Under the pieces are notes generated by a model. The model saw only the letters and a list, made by a program, of their open reading frames with translations. It ran no database searches and was not told the origin of the DNA. Position numbers and translations under genes: made by a program. DNA of 64,000 nucleotides from Histomonas meleagridis 2922-C6/04-290x (lineage: Eukaryota; Protista; Parabasalia), in NCBI GenBank assembly GCA_020184695.1, contig JAANOX010000205.1, forward strand, positions 124,001 through 188,000, read 5' to 3'. Each line of letters starts with the position of its first letter. Position 1 is the stretch's first letter. Below are positions 10,465-22,386 of the stretch, piece by piece.

Positions 10465-13143
10465 ATGGAAGGAACTACAACCCTCGGCCAGGAATTCTCA
10501 ATGACCCTTGTTCAAGAAGAGCAACCTCATGAATCCGATGGTAGTTTGATACCATTATATATTGATTCAGCACAAAACGTTTATGACAAATTCTATAATA
10601 AAATTGAACATTTAAACATAAATTCAGATAAACTCTATGAAGACAGCATTACCCTTGAAAAAATTCCGGCTGTTTATGATGTTAACGCTGATATTGATTT
10701 AGAATTTCCAAATCCTGAAAACTACTTTTCAAAAGAGGAATATACATCTGCAGTGAACAAATGGTACGAACTTGCAAAATATCATTATTCTACATTAAGA
10801 CTTCCTTTTCCAGTTTCTGGCCAATTTTATCTCCCTCAAATGCCAAAAATATGGAGCAAAGAAGAAGCAAAGCTTCCTCTCAACAACAGGTTCAAGACTT
10901 TCAAAGTAGATACATGGAATTTATTACCAACTAATTACAATGAAATGTTAAGACTTTTATTTTTAAATCACCCAATTGACCCAGAAGAACAATTCCCAGA
11001 ACAAGTACCACATCGTCCAGCGATTCTTCACAAGCATCATATCACATCTGATTTACAATGGCAATGTCAATTGATTCCAAAAGAACCAGAAGCCATTTCA
11101 TATGATAGCTTTACTGAATTTGAGGAAACCTTTGTTCGTTGGGCTACTCTTGCTTCCTCTTCCATCCGTCATCCAATGATTCCTCCGAATCAATTTGAGA
11201 ACATCGCATCATTGGATGTCATTCCAAACGAGGAAAAAGTGCCACCCAAAATGCCACTTTTACACATTAAGCCTCTTAACCTTGATGAATGGAAGAAAGC
11301 CCCAATCTCAGGTGACATCTCTAAATCATTTGAGAACATTTTAGAGCCTTCTAAAAGACGTCGTTCTCATCATAGTCGGCATTCTAAAATCCGACGATCA
11401 GGAAGTCGAATTAAGATTGAAAAGTTTAATCATTTTATCGAAGAGTTTATTCAATATGGGTATGAAATTGACGTAATTAATTCCCAATCACCAATATGTA
11501 TCCCTATTCATCATATCAAAATCAATAGTAAGCATTCCATTAAACTTGATTTCAACAGTGAAATGGATGACCACTTTATCGACACATTTTTACAATTTAC
11601 GTATTCACCAGAACAACTTCTTGATATAATGAAATCGCGAATGGCTAATGGCGAAACATTTATGGAGAATTTTGAGAATTATATCCACAACATATCGAAG
11701 ATTAAACATATCTTTTCGATGAGGTATTACGTCGAGTTTAAATATGAACAACGAATTTCACATTTATTTAATTCATTCATAGTTAGTAATCAAAACACAC
11801 ATTTGTTCCATACATTTATATCACAGTATGGGACTGAAAATATATTTTATGAATTCATTCAATGCTTATTATTAACAATTAAATCGGACTTTGTATTATA
11901 TAGATTAGAAGATACAAATCAATTAAGCCAACAAATTAATTTCTATTATTTACTTAATATATTTAATGGATTAATATTAAAATGTAAAAACGCAAATCTT
12001 TCACTTGACATTACACAAGTATTACATGTATTAACTTATGACTTATTAAAGCAACTTAATAACGAGGAAATGTTAAATGAAATCCGCACTAAAAACTTGA
12101 AAATGTTAATGATGTTATTACAATGTAATTCAATTCGAATTCACGAGTTAATTCTTGGCGACAATTACATCAAGTGGTTGAATGATTTATCAAAAAGTAA
12201 AAACGGTTCTCTTGTCATACAAACAATAATTCATGGTGATGCGTTATTAGCTGCTTCGAAAATCTTCATGGATCATTGTTCGAAAATGATTACAAGTGAT
12301 ATTGTGCAAGAATTAACAAAGTCAACTTGTTATTTATTAAAGTCAATCAATAGGATTATAATCAAAAGAAATTTGACACTCAAAATCCCATTCGATGCAA
12401 TTCAATTTTTGAAGGTTTTGGAGTTAACGGCTATAAGTGACGATGAAGACGTGGTCTCAATTTCTGAGTCGTTGGCTTCAATTTTGACTATGTCTAGCCT
12501 CATCAAAAATTATAAAGAAACAACGTTCCAAACGTTCCTCGTCAAAACAGTCGTCATGATTTGTAAAGGTCTGAAAACCGAAAATTCAAGTGTGTACCAT
12601 GAGCAAATTAAGGCTTTACAAATATTAGCTAGAGATATAAACTCTTCTTTGGCAATGTCTCAAATTAAGTCATTCATGGAAAACGTCGCGGCTCATTTTT
12701 TAGATTCAAATCCTGCGATTGCACAAAAAAGTTGGAATTTCTTCTTACAACTTACTTCAAATCAAACAGTGCTGTCTGACGTGTTAAGTATTCCGGATGT
12801 GAAAAAAGTTTTAACAACAATTGTTAATAAGGAAAATATGACTGCTCTGAAGAATTTGGTCGTATTTTCAATAATGATATTTAAGGGTATAGAAGCTAAT
12901 AATTTGAAGAAACAATTGATTGATATCATAACACCATCCATCGGAAGATTAGTGACAATGTTTAAGATGAGAAACACAATATTCAAAGATAACGTTCAAA
13001 TGCAAAAATTAATTGTTAACTTTATTGACGTCGTCGAGAAATTAAAAGGACCAGAATTTAATGATTTTCATAATTTACTAAGTAAACATTTGGGAGAAGA
13101 GAAACAAACGTCAAAATCTATGATAAAGATAATAATCAGGTAA
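10465..13143 (+). CDS. Hypothetical protein with C-terminal ARM-like region
   Basis: 892-aa uninterrupted ORF from ATG. Confidence 0.75.
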   Translation: MEGTTTLGQEFSMTLVQEEQPHESDGSLIPLYIDSAQNVYDKFYNKIEHLNINSDKLYEDSITLEKIPAVYDVNADIDLEFPNPENYFSKEEYTSAVNKWYELAKYHYSTLRLPFPVSGQFYLPQMPKIWSKEEAKLPLNNRFKTFKVDTWNLLPTNYNEMLRLLFLNHPIDPEEQFPEQVPHRPAILHKHHITSDLQWQCQLIPKEPEAISYDSFTEFEETFVRWATLASSSIRHPMIPPNQFENIASLDVIPNEEKVPPKMPLLHIKPLNLDEWKKAPISGDISKSFENILEPSKRRRSHHSRHSKIRRSGSRIKIEKFNHFIEEFIQYGYEIDVINSQSPICIPIHHIKINSKHSIKLDFNSEMDDHFIDTFLQFTYSPEQLLDIMKSRMANGETFMENFENYIHNISKIKHIFSMRYYVEFKYEQRISHLFNSFIVSNQNTHLFHTFISQYGTENIFYEFIQCLLLTIKSDFVLYRLEDTNQLSQQINFYYLLNIFNGLILKCKNANLSLDITQVLHVLTYDLLKQLNNEEMLNEIRTKNLKMLMMLLQCNSIRIHELILGDNYIKWLNDLSKSKNGSLVIQTIIHGDALLAASKIFMDHCSKMITSDIVQELTKSTCYLLKSINRIIIKRNLTLKIPFDAIQFLKVLELTAISDDEDVVSISESLASILTMSSLIKNYKETTFQTFLVKTVVMICKGLKTENSSVYHEQIKALQILARDINSSLAMSQIKSFMENVAAHFLDSNPAIAQKSWNFFLQLTSNQTVLSDVLSIPDVKKVLTTIVNKENMTALKNLVVFSIMIFKGIEANNLKKQLIDIITPSIGRLVTMFKMRNTIFKDNVQMQKLIVNFIDVVEKLKGPEFNDFHNLLSKHLGEEKQTSKSMIKIIIR

Positions 13144-13384
13144 GCGAGGATTTTGTCTTTTAATGGTTTAAATGCTAAACAATCCGGATCGATACTTTTT
13201 TCTTTCCAATTTTAAATCGGTGTGACTATAAAAAAAACTTTGGCTTTGACTGGTTTACGTAATTTAACATCATGCACTTTTTGACAAAGTTTTCTTCTTT
13301 GCCAACGGTGTTTTAGCTTTTTCAGTGGCTTTCAATATTTGAATGAAACGCATCAATCAAATTTTTGTTCGCGCCATGCGCGCA

Positions 13385-14655
13385 GCTTGCGCTTGAACCT
13401 AAATTTGATTCTAATGTCGCTGATGGTAATGAAGATGTTGCCCTTTTTCACGCCTGTCATGGCTTGTATCTAGTTTCTCTACTATTTAAATCAGGAATCA
13501 ATATTAATGGTAGAAAGAAAAACTTTTCAGATATGTAAATATGACGCTGTAATACCTTTAACCTTAAAAGGAAGTAATGTATACATTATAATGTTAAAAC
13601 AGTTTCTTGAATTCAAGAATATTTATTGCACTTAACCCATATTATGGGAATATGTGCTAAGATATAAAAGGAAACTTTTGGATTTAGTGATTGCGAATTG
13701 TTCTTTAGCATAAGTATGTCAAATCAATTAATACGAAAGTATTGAAAAAGCTCGTTTTCTTTAAGAAAAGGAATAATGAACTTAAGTCCCTTGCGTCTAA
13801 TTAAAATTATAATAGTACTGATCTTAGTGAAACAAGAATTGATCTTAATTACGAAGAACCATAGTAGTAATATGCCTATTTCCGTTCTGATAGTTTAAGT
13901 CTCATTGATGTAAATAATGGTTTTTATAAGGCCAAAGTTGTAAAACTTTTAATATAAAAATGTTTTTATGAAACAAAGTGATGGCAGAAAGCAACTTTAT
14001 GATGGTGTCAAAGCTACAAAACTTCTAAATGCAATCGGAATTTGTATGAAATTAATGTTTCAATAGGAAAACTGAATTATAGTACTATACTGGTTCAAAG
14101 AAGCGATAATAAAGAAGCTCTTTTAGGTGAAGGCATAATCAAATTAATATTTAAATGTTCCTAAAATCGTGAAGATATACTTATTGATGTAAGAAGATAT
14201 TTAAACTTAAAAATGTAAAGCAATTGAAGGACTTAATGATGAAGGAAATGATTATAAAATAACTCGAATAAAGCGAACCTGAAATAATTGAACTTTTCTA
14301 TAGCAAGAGAACTGATGCTAAAGTAAAAATTGCAATGCTAACAAATGTTAAAACTACCTTTTAATTAAAGAGTACAGAAGGCAATGATGTAAATGCGTTA
14401 ACAAAAGCGATCAAATCTTTCTAATGAAATCGAAGATAACATTAAGTACAAATGAAGCAGCACGTTCTAAACTAATTATCAGTAACAATGAAGAAATGCG
14501 ATTTTTCAAATGTGCAGATTCACATGTAATGATGTACCAGAACCTAAAGCTAAAAGTGAAACACAATTTTTTTACTTTTGACAAAAGTACTTATTGATGA
14601 CGGAGCAGAATTATAATTATAAGAACTAAATGCCGCACAGCTCTACATTTACTTG
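13385..14655 (+). pseudogene. Heavily decayed ankyrin-repeat gene
   Basis: Scattered ankyrin-like fragments in different frames (FDSNVADGNEDVALFHAC...LLFKSGININGR; RIDLNY; KVLIDDGAEL...KCRTALHLL) with many stops and small indels. Confidence 0.5.
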
Positions 14656-14932
14656 ACAGATAAAGAAACTTTTACATTTGAATCCGTTAAGTTACAAGAA
14701 GCAAAACGCGATCCATATGTATACAAGTGATACAGTTCTTTACAGTAAATAACTTCGAAGCAGCATCTTAAGTAACAATGAATTTGTAATTTGCCTCTTT
14801 AAATGTATAAATATAATTACTTATGAAGAAGGAAAGTGATGTAACGGTCTCTAGAGACACCGCAGCAGCTGCAACTGTTTATCAATAAAATTTGATATAT
14901 TTCATAACTTTTAACTATTCCCAACATATATG

Positions 14933-15865
14933 TTACGATATGAGCATTTCTTCGTCTTCTGCGCTCATTTCGCTGTACATTTCCAAGTTCCGTCGTATGC
15001 ACGGGCAGAAGAACAACAGACCGAAGATCAGGTTGAGGCCGAACAGCGCAAAGTTCGCGTACGCAATGAAGAGGTTCTTCCCGCCCATTCCGCCGTTCTT
15101 CATCAGGACAACGTACCGCTCGCCGGAGAAAGTCTCGTTCGGATAATTGCACGTGACGTTGACTGTGATGTCCGCGGGGACGGTTCTGTTCTCATTTTGA
15201 TCGAAACGAGCGTAGAGCTTTCGGAAGTCGGGGTGCATGGAGATGCGCATCCATTGGACAAAATGCTCATTCTCAGTTCCCCCTGGAAAATTGGTCCTGA
15301 AGAAATCTGTTTCCATCCACTGTTGATCTGCTTTGTATTGTGAATTTATTTTGACAAAAAGCTTCCCAACTTCATTCTTCCATGTGATTCCACTATCAGT
15401 GAAATTCTCTGGAATTGTGAGTGTGTCTGTGAAAAACCCTTGTGGAAGTAAGCCACATGGCGCTAGAGACTTGTTAGCAGGCGAGCATGAGCTTGGATCT
15501 TCAACATATTTGCCAAGAAGTTGATCTTGAGAAAATGAGTTAGCCATACGAAAGTGATTCTGATAGTAACCATGAAGCTCAAAGTATATGTATGCATTGG
15601 ATAATTCTGGATTACCAAAATTGACTTGAACTTGTGAACCATTAACTGAAAAATCACACTTGTCGTCATATCTTACCTTGAATTCTTCAACCTTTAAGGA
15701 AAGAAGAAATGTTAAAAGTGCGCATGCCAAAGAAAAAATAGAAATGCCGAGAAAAATGGACTTCGGATTAGTATCAAATGTAGGTCGACATCCACGCATG
15801 TTTTGTTGGCATAAGGGATGCGTTTGCATACAAGGCTTGACAAGGAGGGATTCGTCTGCTTTCAT
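14933..15865 (-). CDS. CDC50: CDC50/LEM3 family P4-ATPase (flippase) beta subunit
   Basis: Two TM segments flank a luminal domain with YFELHGYYQNHFR, S..QLLG, PCGL, NEHFVQWMR...FRKLY and GGKNLF motifs. Confidence 0.92.
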   Translation of the reverse strand: MKADESLLVKPCMQTHPLCQQNMRGCRPTFDTNPKSIFLGISIFSLACALLTFLLSLKVEEFKVRYDDKCDFSVNGSQVQVNFGNPELSNAYIYFELHGYYQNHFRMANSFSQDQLLGKYVEDPSSCSPANKSLAPCGLLPQGFFTDTLTIPENFTDSGITWKNEVGKLFVKINSQYKADQQWMETDFFRTNFPGGTENEHFVQWMRISMHPDFRKLYARFDQNENRTVPADITVNVTCNYPNETFSGERYVVLMKNGGMGGKNLFIAYANFALFGLNLIFGLLFFCPCIRRNLEMYSEMSAEDEEMLIS

Positions 15866-15905
15866 GTCTTAATGGTGCTTCGTAACTTTACTTAAGAAAA
15901 TTTTC

Positions 15906-15922
15906 AAATGAATATAACGGTT
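15906..15922 (-). promoter_or_regulatory. M3-like (AACCGTTA) plus Inr-like (TCATTT) core promoter of CDC50
   Basis: On the minus strand, AACCGTTA is followed by TCATTT about 40 nt upstream of the ATG. Both match Trichomonas core-promoter motifs. Confidence 0.45.
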
Positions 15923-16049
15923 ATAACGGAGCTCCGCTTCAATTCATGAGTTGACAGACGGTTTTTTCGCTTTTTCTTGTGAATTGATTGAAAAAGTTGT
16001 TTGGCATAAGTTTTTTTTGGGAAGCAGTTACCAAATTTGCCAAGTTTAC

Positions 16050-17178
16050 CCCCAGAAAAATTATTGAGTAGAATTGGAGCAGATGCATTTTCTGAATGCA
16101 TTTCATTAATTAATATTACAATTTGTTGTAATAGCATTGGTTCTAATGATTTTTTAAATGTATAGAACTTGAAACAATAACTTTAGATGAAGGCTTACGA
16201 AGTATTGGTTCTGATTCATCTAGAGGATGTTCAAAACTTATGAATATTCATATACCAATTTCTTTTTCTTCAATATGTATTTGAATTATCTCATTAAGGA
16301 ACATCGAAATTCCATGCAATATAACGTCAGTTGGAGACAATGCATTTGCATCATGCTGCAATCTCACATGTATTTTTTATTATGGGGAAACATTACCAAC
16401 GAATACATCGAATGTATTTGATAATAATAATTTAATCAGAAGTGTCATGACAATCGATTCATATAGGGGCCAAACATTCTGCGGTATAAATGTCAGTAAA
16501 GGAACAGTCATTGATGAATGTCTCCCACCAACGCAATCGTTCACACAATCGAACACATACTCAAACACATTTACCAAGTCTAATACATTAACGAAATCAA
16601 ATGCATATGCTAAATCGAATACACGAACGAAGTCATATGAAATTTCATTTGTTGTTTCGAATTCATTTACTTTTTTGTATTCGAATAGTATAACATTAAC
16701 GAATACAATAACATTAACACAATCATTATCTATTACGCAAACAATAAGTATTTATAATTCGACGTATTCGATTTCATTTTCTTTTCTATTTTTAATTCAG
16801 CATTAACTTATGTTTTGAGTGAATTTATTTATTACGAATATACTGTTGTTGTATATTCGACTTATTACATATATTATAGTAATTTCTTTACAATTATATA
16901 TCAAAATGAAAATATTAATGATGGTGGTAAAAACTCAATTATAATTATAAGTGTTTGCGTTGCAGTTGTCGTAATTTGATTTAATTGCAATACTTATCAT
17001 AGTTTTGGTGCGTATTCATAATAATAAACAAATAAGTAATGAACAAGAAGCAAAAAGTTTCGAAGAAAATCAAAATGAAAAAGAAAATACATTTGCAATG
17101 GGAACATCAACGAATAATATTGATGAAGATCCATTTGCTGATGATTTCAAAGAAGAAAAATTCATTAATCATATTTAA
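16050..17178 (+). pseudogene. 5'-truncated, frameshifted BspA-like surface protein
   Basis: LRR_5 fragments (RIGADAFSECISL; SLRNIEIPCNITSVGDNAFASC), SNTFT repeats, a TM segment and tail DEDPFADDFKEEKFINHI. Broken by 1-nt shifts and a TGA. Confidence 0.8.
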
Positions 17179-18093
17179 CATAAAACATTTGCTTATTAAT
17201 TAAGTAAAAAAAATTCGGTAAATCTTAAATTTACAATTTGAATAGTATTTTTATCATGTGATATGTCGTGTTTTTTTATTTAACTGCATAATATCACTGC
17301 TAATTCGATATGGAAATTATTAATATATATCAAAATCAGAACTTCAGCGATTTTTAAATTTTCAAAGAATTTTTGATGTTCGATTTGGATATAATTTTTA
17401 TTTTGTATTCTATTTATTTATTTTTTTATTACGATGACTTTTTATTCACTTAAATCCACCCAAAATGGAATGTGACCATTACAAAAAATGAAATTCAAAT
17501 TCTCTAATTTAGACGTTTTTCTTAAAGTTAGGCAACAATAGGAGGATTTATTACAGTCATTTCTATTTGCATTATGTAATATTTATTTTTACATCAAACA
17601 ATTTCTTTTGTTCTCCATTGACACAAAGACTTCGTTTTGATGAAACACCTTTATCTAAAACAGGAGAAGGAATTCTTGATGACAACAAAGAAGAACAAGA
17701 ATTTAAGTTCATAAAATTTAAGCTAAGGTCATATTCCAAAGAAGGACGAAGACTCAAAAGATATTTCCTAAAATCCAAACCAAAGAATGCGGAAGTTGTT
17801 ATGGTGCAAACAGTGGGTTACAACATATGTAAATCTGTAAAAAAAAGCCTTCAAATCTAAGAACAGATTACCTCCACCAATCTATACAATGTAAAGAAGA
17901 AGTCAAAGACATAAGTCTTGATTAAAAATGCTATATAATTGGGAACATGCAAGTTCTTCCAGTACCAGGTATCCTTTATATTGCCCCCGGAGACTCATAT
18001 TCCGAGAAATCCCATCACACAGTTGGTTACGCTCAGCATTGAATTTAACGGTCGACGACCTCAACCTCACAAACAGAAATAATTTCATAGGAC

Positions 18094-18101
18094 AACCGTT
18101 A
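18094..18101 (+). promoter_or_regulatory. M3-like Myb-type core promoter element
   Basis: AACCGTTA lies just upstream of the Rab ATG at 18110. Confidence 0.4.
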
Positions 18102-18109
18102 AAAAAAAG

Positions 18110-18700
18110 ATGGAAACTGGCGAGAAATTCCCGATTAAAATCGTGCTACTTGGTGATTCTCATGTTGGAAAAACATCTATTGTTAACTGTTGGATGTCGG
18201 GACGATATGATTCTTCAATTAAACCAACAATCGGTGTAAATCATCAAAGAATTGAAATGAAAATTGAGAATGAAGATGTAGTTCTTTATATATGGGACAC
18301 AGCGGGCCAGGAACAATTTCAGGCTCTTACACCACTTTATGCAAGGTCTGCATGTGTTGCATTAATTATTGTATCAATTATAGATCAAAATTCAATAAAC
18401 CATGTTCAATCTTGGGTAGAACTATTAAGGTCTTCCTGCGATGACATTCCACCTGCAGTATTGGTGGTTAACAAAATTGATTTAGACGATGATGCGGTTT
18501 TTACAAGAGAAGAGATATTAGAGAAATACTTTAGTTCTTTCCAAGCGGTTCTATTCACGTCTGCAAAAACAGGAGAAGGAATTATGGAATTGTTTGATCA
18601 AATGACAAAATTAGGATATCATTTTGCGAAAAAGGGATTAAGGCATGCCGACTCAGCTCCAGTGAAAGACGTGAAAGAAAAGGGTATATGCAAATGTTAG
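18110..18700 (+). CDS. Rab family small GTPase
   Basis: GDSHVGKTS, WDTAGQE, NKID, TSAKTGEG and a C-terminal CKC prenylation motif. Confidence 0.95.
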   Translation: METGEKFPIKIVLLGDSHVGKTSIVNCWMSGRYDSSIKPTIGVNHQRIEMKIENEDVVLYIWDTAGQEQFQALTPLYARSACVALIIVSIIDQNSINHVQSWVELLRSSCDDIPPAVLVVNKIDLDDDAVFTREEILEKYFSSFQAVLFTSAKTGEGIMELFDQMTKLGYHFAKKGLRHADSAPVKDVKEKGICKC

Positions 18701-19040
18701 TTATTAATTATTAATAGGTCCTTCTCCAAATTAAATTATATATAAAAATCAGATGTTAATGTAAAATCTTTTTTGTTTAACAATAGGAGTTTTTAGCAAC
18801 ATGTTAAAATGTTTTAGCCACAAATATTCATTTTGTAATTATGTTTCTAATTCTTCTTTTTCATCTTGAATCGTTAAAAATGAGGAATGATCATCTTTTA
18901 ATAAATTTTCTGATTGATTAACGATTTCATTTTATCCAATTCAGAAAGAGGATTAATCGCCTACATATTTTGGGAAGTGATATCGCTTATTTGCTATCGT
19001 ACAGTGCTATCGTTGTGCATAGAAACGGTCTCAAAGAATT

Positions 19041-20291
19041 ATGGAAGATGAAAACAAAGCTTTGCTAGACAAAGAATTAATTTCTATTTCGGAAACTTTA
19101 TCAAAAAAGCGTTACACTTATCTTCAAAATAAGCTTGAAGAACTTACACTACAGGGTGAAGAATTAGAAAAAGAAATTTTAAACCAAAAAAATCAAAAAT
19201 CAACACTAGAATATGAGCGTGAATATCCTTCTGACGTTATAGACAACATTTCTGTTTCTAACAACATCAGCTTTTTTGATCAAATGAGATCATTTGAACT
19301 TGCCGAAGCTTATCTAAATGGTCTTTATAAAGCCAAACAAAAGATTCAAAAGCAGCTATCCGATGAAATTCATCTTCAAGAACTTCGAAATGAACGACTT
19401 TCAAAATCCATTGAAAAACTTACAGATCAACTCAATCATCCTATCACACCCAATTCTAAAGGCATCAATGATATTTTAATGATTCAAAATGAGATCAAAG
19501 TTATCAGTGATGAATATTCTGATGCACAAAAAGAGGTCGACACACTTAAAAACGAAGTCAAAACACGTAGTGAACAACTACAAAGCATTGATGAAAGTGA
19601 CATTCCAAAATTATCCAGTCAAATTGCTACACTTGATCAAATGATTGCTGATAAGACGGCGCGATATAAGCAAGTTCTTCTTGAAGAAAAGAAATTAAAT
19701 AGTAGCGAAGATGTACTAGCTCTTCGTGACCATAAATACTTGGAGCAAATCCTTAACGACGAGAGCTGGGAGGCAGAGCGCAACATTCTTCTTTCATTGA
19801 TATCGCATGCAAAAAGTGACATCAAATATGTCAAAAATCAAATCAAATATGAAATCGAGCCACGAAGTAATGCGACGTCAAGAATGAGTTCATTGAGTGA
19901 TATTAGAAGGAGTGCAAAGAGACGTACTGAGGATAGTCGAACGAGTTCAAGAACGTCATCACGATTAAGTCAAACAAATAATAATACAAAAGAGGATTCA
20001 AACTTTAATGAAGAAACATTAATAGCTGCATTACAAGCAGAAGTTGATGAGCTTGAAAGTGATGATCACCCGATAAATGTCGCAATGAGAATCGAAAAAG
20101 AAATCGCAAAGAAACTCGACGAGGAATTTGAGGAATTGGATAAGAGAATTGAGCTGATAAGTAAAAATGGTAAAACAAAGGAAATAATGAATGATGAAGA
20201 AGAACAAAGAAGACAACAAAAACTGAAATGTTTGAAAAGCGAATTACAAAATTTGATGGAAAAAAACGGAATTCCTCAAAACAAAAATTAA
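19041..20291 (+). CDS. Coiled-coil hypothetical protein
   Basis: 416-aa ORF rich in E/K/Q/L heptads. Confidence 0.75.
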   Translation: MEDENKALLDKELISISETLSKKRYTYLQNKLEELTLQGEELEKEILNQKNQKSTLEYEREYPSDVIDNISVSNNISFFDQMRSFELAEAYLNGLYKAKQKIQKQLSDEIHLQELRNERLSKSIEKLTDQLNHPITPNSKGINDILMIQNEIKVISDEYSDAQKEVDTLKNEVKTRSEQLQSIDESDIPKLSSQIATLDQMIADKTARYKQVLLEEKKLNSSEDVLALRDHKYLEQILNDESWEAERNILLSLISHAKSDIKYVKNQIKYEIEPRSNATSRMSSLSDIRRSAKRRTEDSRTSSRTSSRLSQTNNNTKEDSNFNEETLIAALQAEVDELESDDHPINVAMRIEKEIAKKLDEEFEELDKRIELISKNGKTKEIMNDEEEQRRQQKLKCLKSELQNLMEKNGIPQNKN

Positions 20292-21053
20292 ATATGTTGT
20301 AAAAGTAATTTAAACTATAATTGTTTTTTGTTATAATAAAATCCATTCAACATAAGCTTCTGACTGAATGATAATTATACATTGTTGGATAAAATTTACT
20401 TAGGTGAAAATGTGTTTTATGAAAGAGATATATCAAATCAAAAATGTAAACAGAACAAAAATTTGGTCTTTAATTTGAAATGAAATTTAATTCAATTGTG
20501 CAAGATGATAGTTTGCATGTTTTTGTACTTGCAGACTAAATAATATAATTATAAATTTTAAATTATTATTTTATTATAATATTTCAATAGATATTTAAAT
20601 TATTGAGATATAGGCAAAATGAGAGGTTTTCTGATTTTTTTAAAGATGAATTAAAGATTCAATATCCAAAATTCATATCATAATTGATTTTAAAGCATAA
20701 TACAAAAAAAAATTCAAGTTTTAAAGTAAATATTATTAATGTTATTACAAGTATACGGGGAGAATCAAAATAATTTTTTTATCAGGGTTTGGATAAATTT
20801 TTGTGTGGTTTACTTTGTCATTTTATCATCACTTCACAATTTAATTGTTTTAAAAGCTTTCCTATTATAATTGATATTAAATGTGGTTGAAAAGCTTTAT
20901 TTTATTTCTGATAAACGTGTGTATGAATTTTTGTGATGCCATTCCAAGAAATACTGATAATCAATTTGACAATTCTCATCAAAAGAGTGTTTTTGAGATT
21001 TAAAAAAAGTTGAGTCTTTTTCATGGTGAGTTTTTTTGTTTATTAGTTATGAT

Positions 21054-21458
21054 TTAATAATCTTTGTGGCAGCAGAGTGGCTGACCATAATCATCTTGAA
21101 GAACAAGTCCAAGGAAAATACCTGCACCAATAACAATAACAAGAGCGCCACCCAAAGTCAAACCCAATGACACCACTCGAATTGTTCCGACGTGCCATAG
21201 AATAATTGGAAGAGCAAATAAAGAAGTCATTGAAGCGACAACCATAAATAGAAGGCCACTTGCTGTTACCCATCCACCTTCGGTTTCATCTGCACTCTTG
21301 ATATAATATCCATATCCGAAGAATACTGCGCAAGCAGCAGGAATAATCATGAAAAGCGAATACCAACACTTGTCAGCAATGCAACCTCCAATACACATAA
21401 CTACGCCAACGACAACTGCGCATGCAATAATGATATAAGGAACTGATTGTTGTACCAT
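21054..21458 (-). CDS. VPS55: Vps55/OB-RGRP family tetraspan protein
   Basis: Four TM segments with CIAD..WYSLF and FALPIILWH matching the Vps55 pattern. Start is placed at ATG 21458. Confidence 0.7.
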   Translation of the reverse strand: MVQQSVPYIIIACAVVVGVVMCIGGCIADKCWYSLFMIIPAACAVFFGYGYYIKSADETEGGWVTASGLLFMVVASMTSLFALPIILWHVGTIRVVSLGLTLGGALVIVIGAGIFLGLVLQDDYGQPLCCHKDY

Positions 21459-22386
21459 TTTGAAATGATTTTTTTTGACGGACTTTTTCAATAGATAACC
21501 GTTGGAACAGGCTGCCCGAATCGAATTGTCCATTGAAAGCATCACCGAAAATTTTACCACTTTTTAATGACATTTTGATCAAAATTGAATTTTTTTCGTA
21601 TTACTGCAAACACTAAATTAACTTTAGGCTGACCATATATTTTATGTTTGTAAAGTATATGTTGAATAATTGAAGAAAGGATGGGAAAATATCCGAAAAA
21701 TAAGGTTAATGTGATGAAATTTCATGTGAACGTTAATTTTGCATTTCACCTTTTTTACGCAACGATAATAACCAACAAAAGAACCGGTTCAATGAAAGAT
21801 CATGTTTGAACAAAATACAAGAACCAAAAAGTTTTAAGGGTAATATTGGTAAAATTAAAACACACTCTTGAAATATATGAATGAATTATAAAGTATTTAT
21901 TTTTGAACTTATCAATTATTATTGAAATTAATAGTAGGAATATATCAAACTTATAATATTTATTTAGGTTATATGGTATTTAATTCAAAATTGATTTGCA
22001 AATAATAATTAGTAGTTATTCTAATTATTTCGAAAAGCATAAATGATAAGTTTTATCAAATAAATGTATTGATAACCAAAAGCTTTCAATTTCTGTACCA
22101 TATTATTTCTTGATTAGGTAAATTAGTTTCTCAAATCATGGCAAAAATAAAGTTGGATCCAAAATAATGACTTTTTAATAATTTTCACAATTTTTTAACG
22201 GTCTATTTATTTGTGATAAGTTTAACAAATGTACTTTTTCAAATAGCAATTCAATTTTTTGAATAATTTATTTTATTACAAAAGAAAACAGGCAAACCTT
22301 TTCAATGCGGACCTGTGGTCATTCAGAATTGAGTCAATTTCATTGTTAACAAGTAACGGTCGTCAACACATTTTATATTTTTCCAT

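Noticed and set aside
14817-15872. Plus-strand and alternative-frame ORFs overlapping CDC50, and similar shadow ORFs inside other long genes
   Set aside because: They are antisense or alternative-frame by-products of the real CDS, longer here because of the high GC.
16140-16300. BspA pseudogene frameshifts as 17-nt inserts
   Set aside because: They are explained by a 1-nt deletion and an in-frame TGA; removing 17 nt would delete conserved LRR residues.
17567-18239. Short overlapping ORFs upstream of the Rab gene
   Set aside because: No recognisable domain, multiple stops in the longest minus frame, and overlap with the Rab 5' region.
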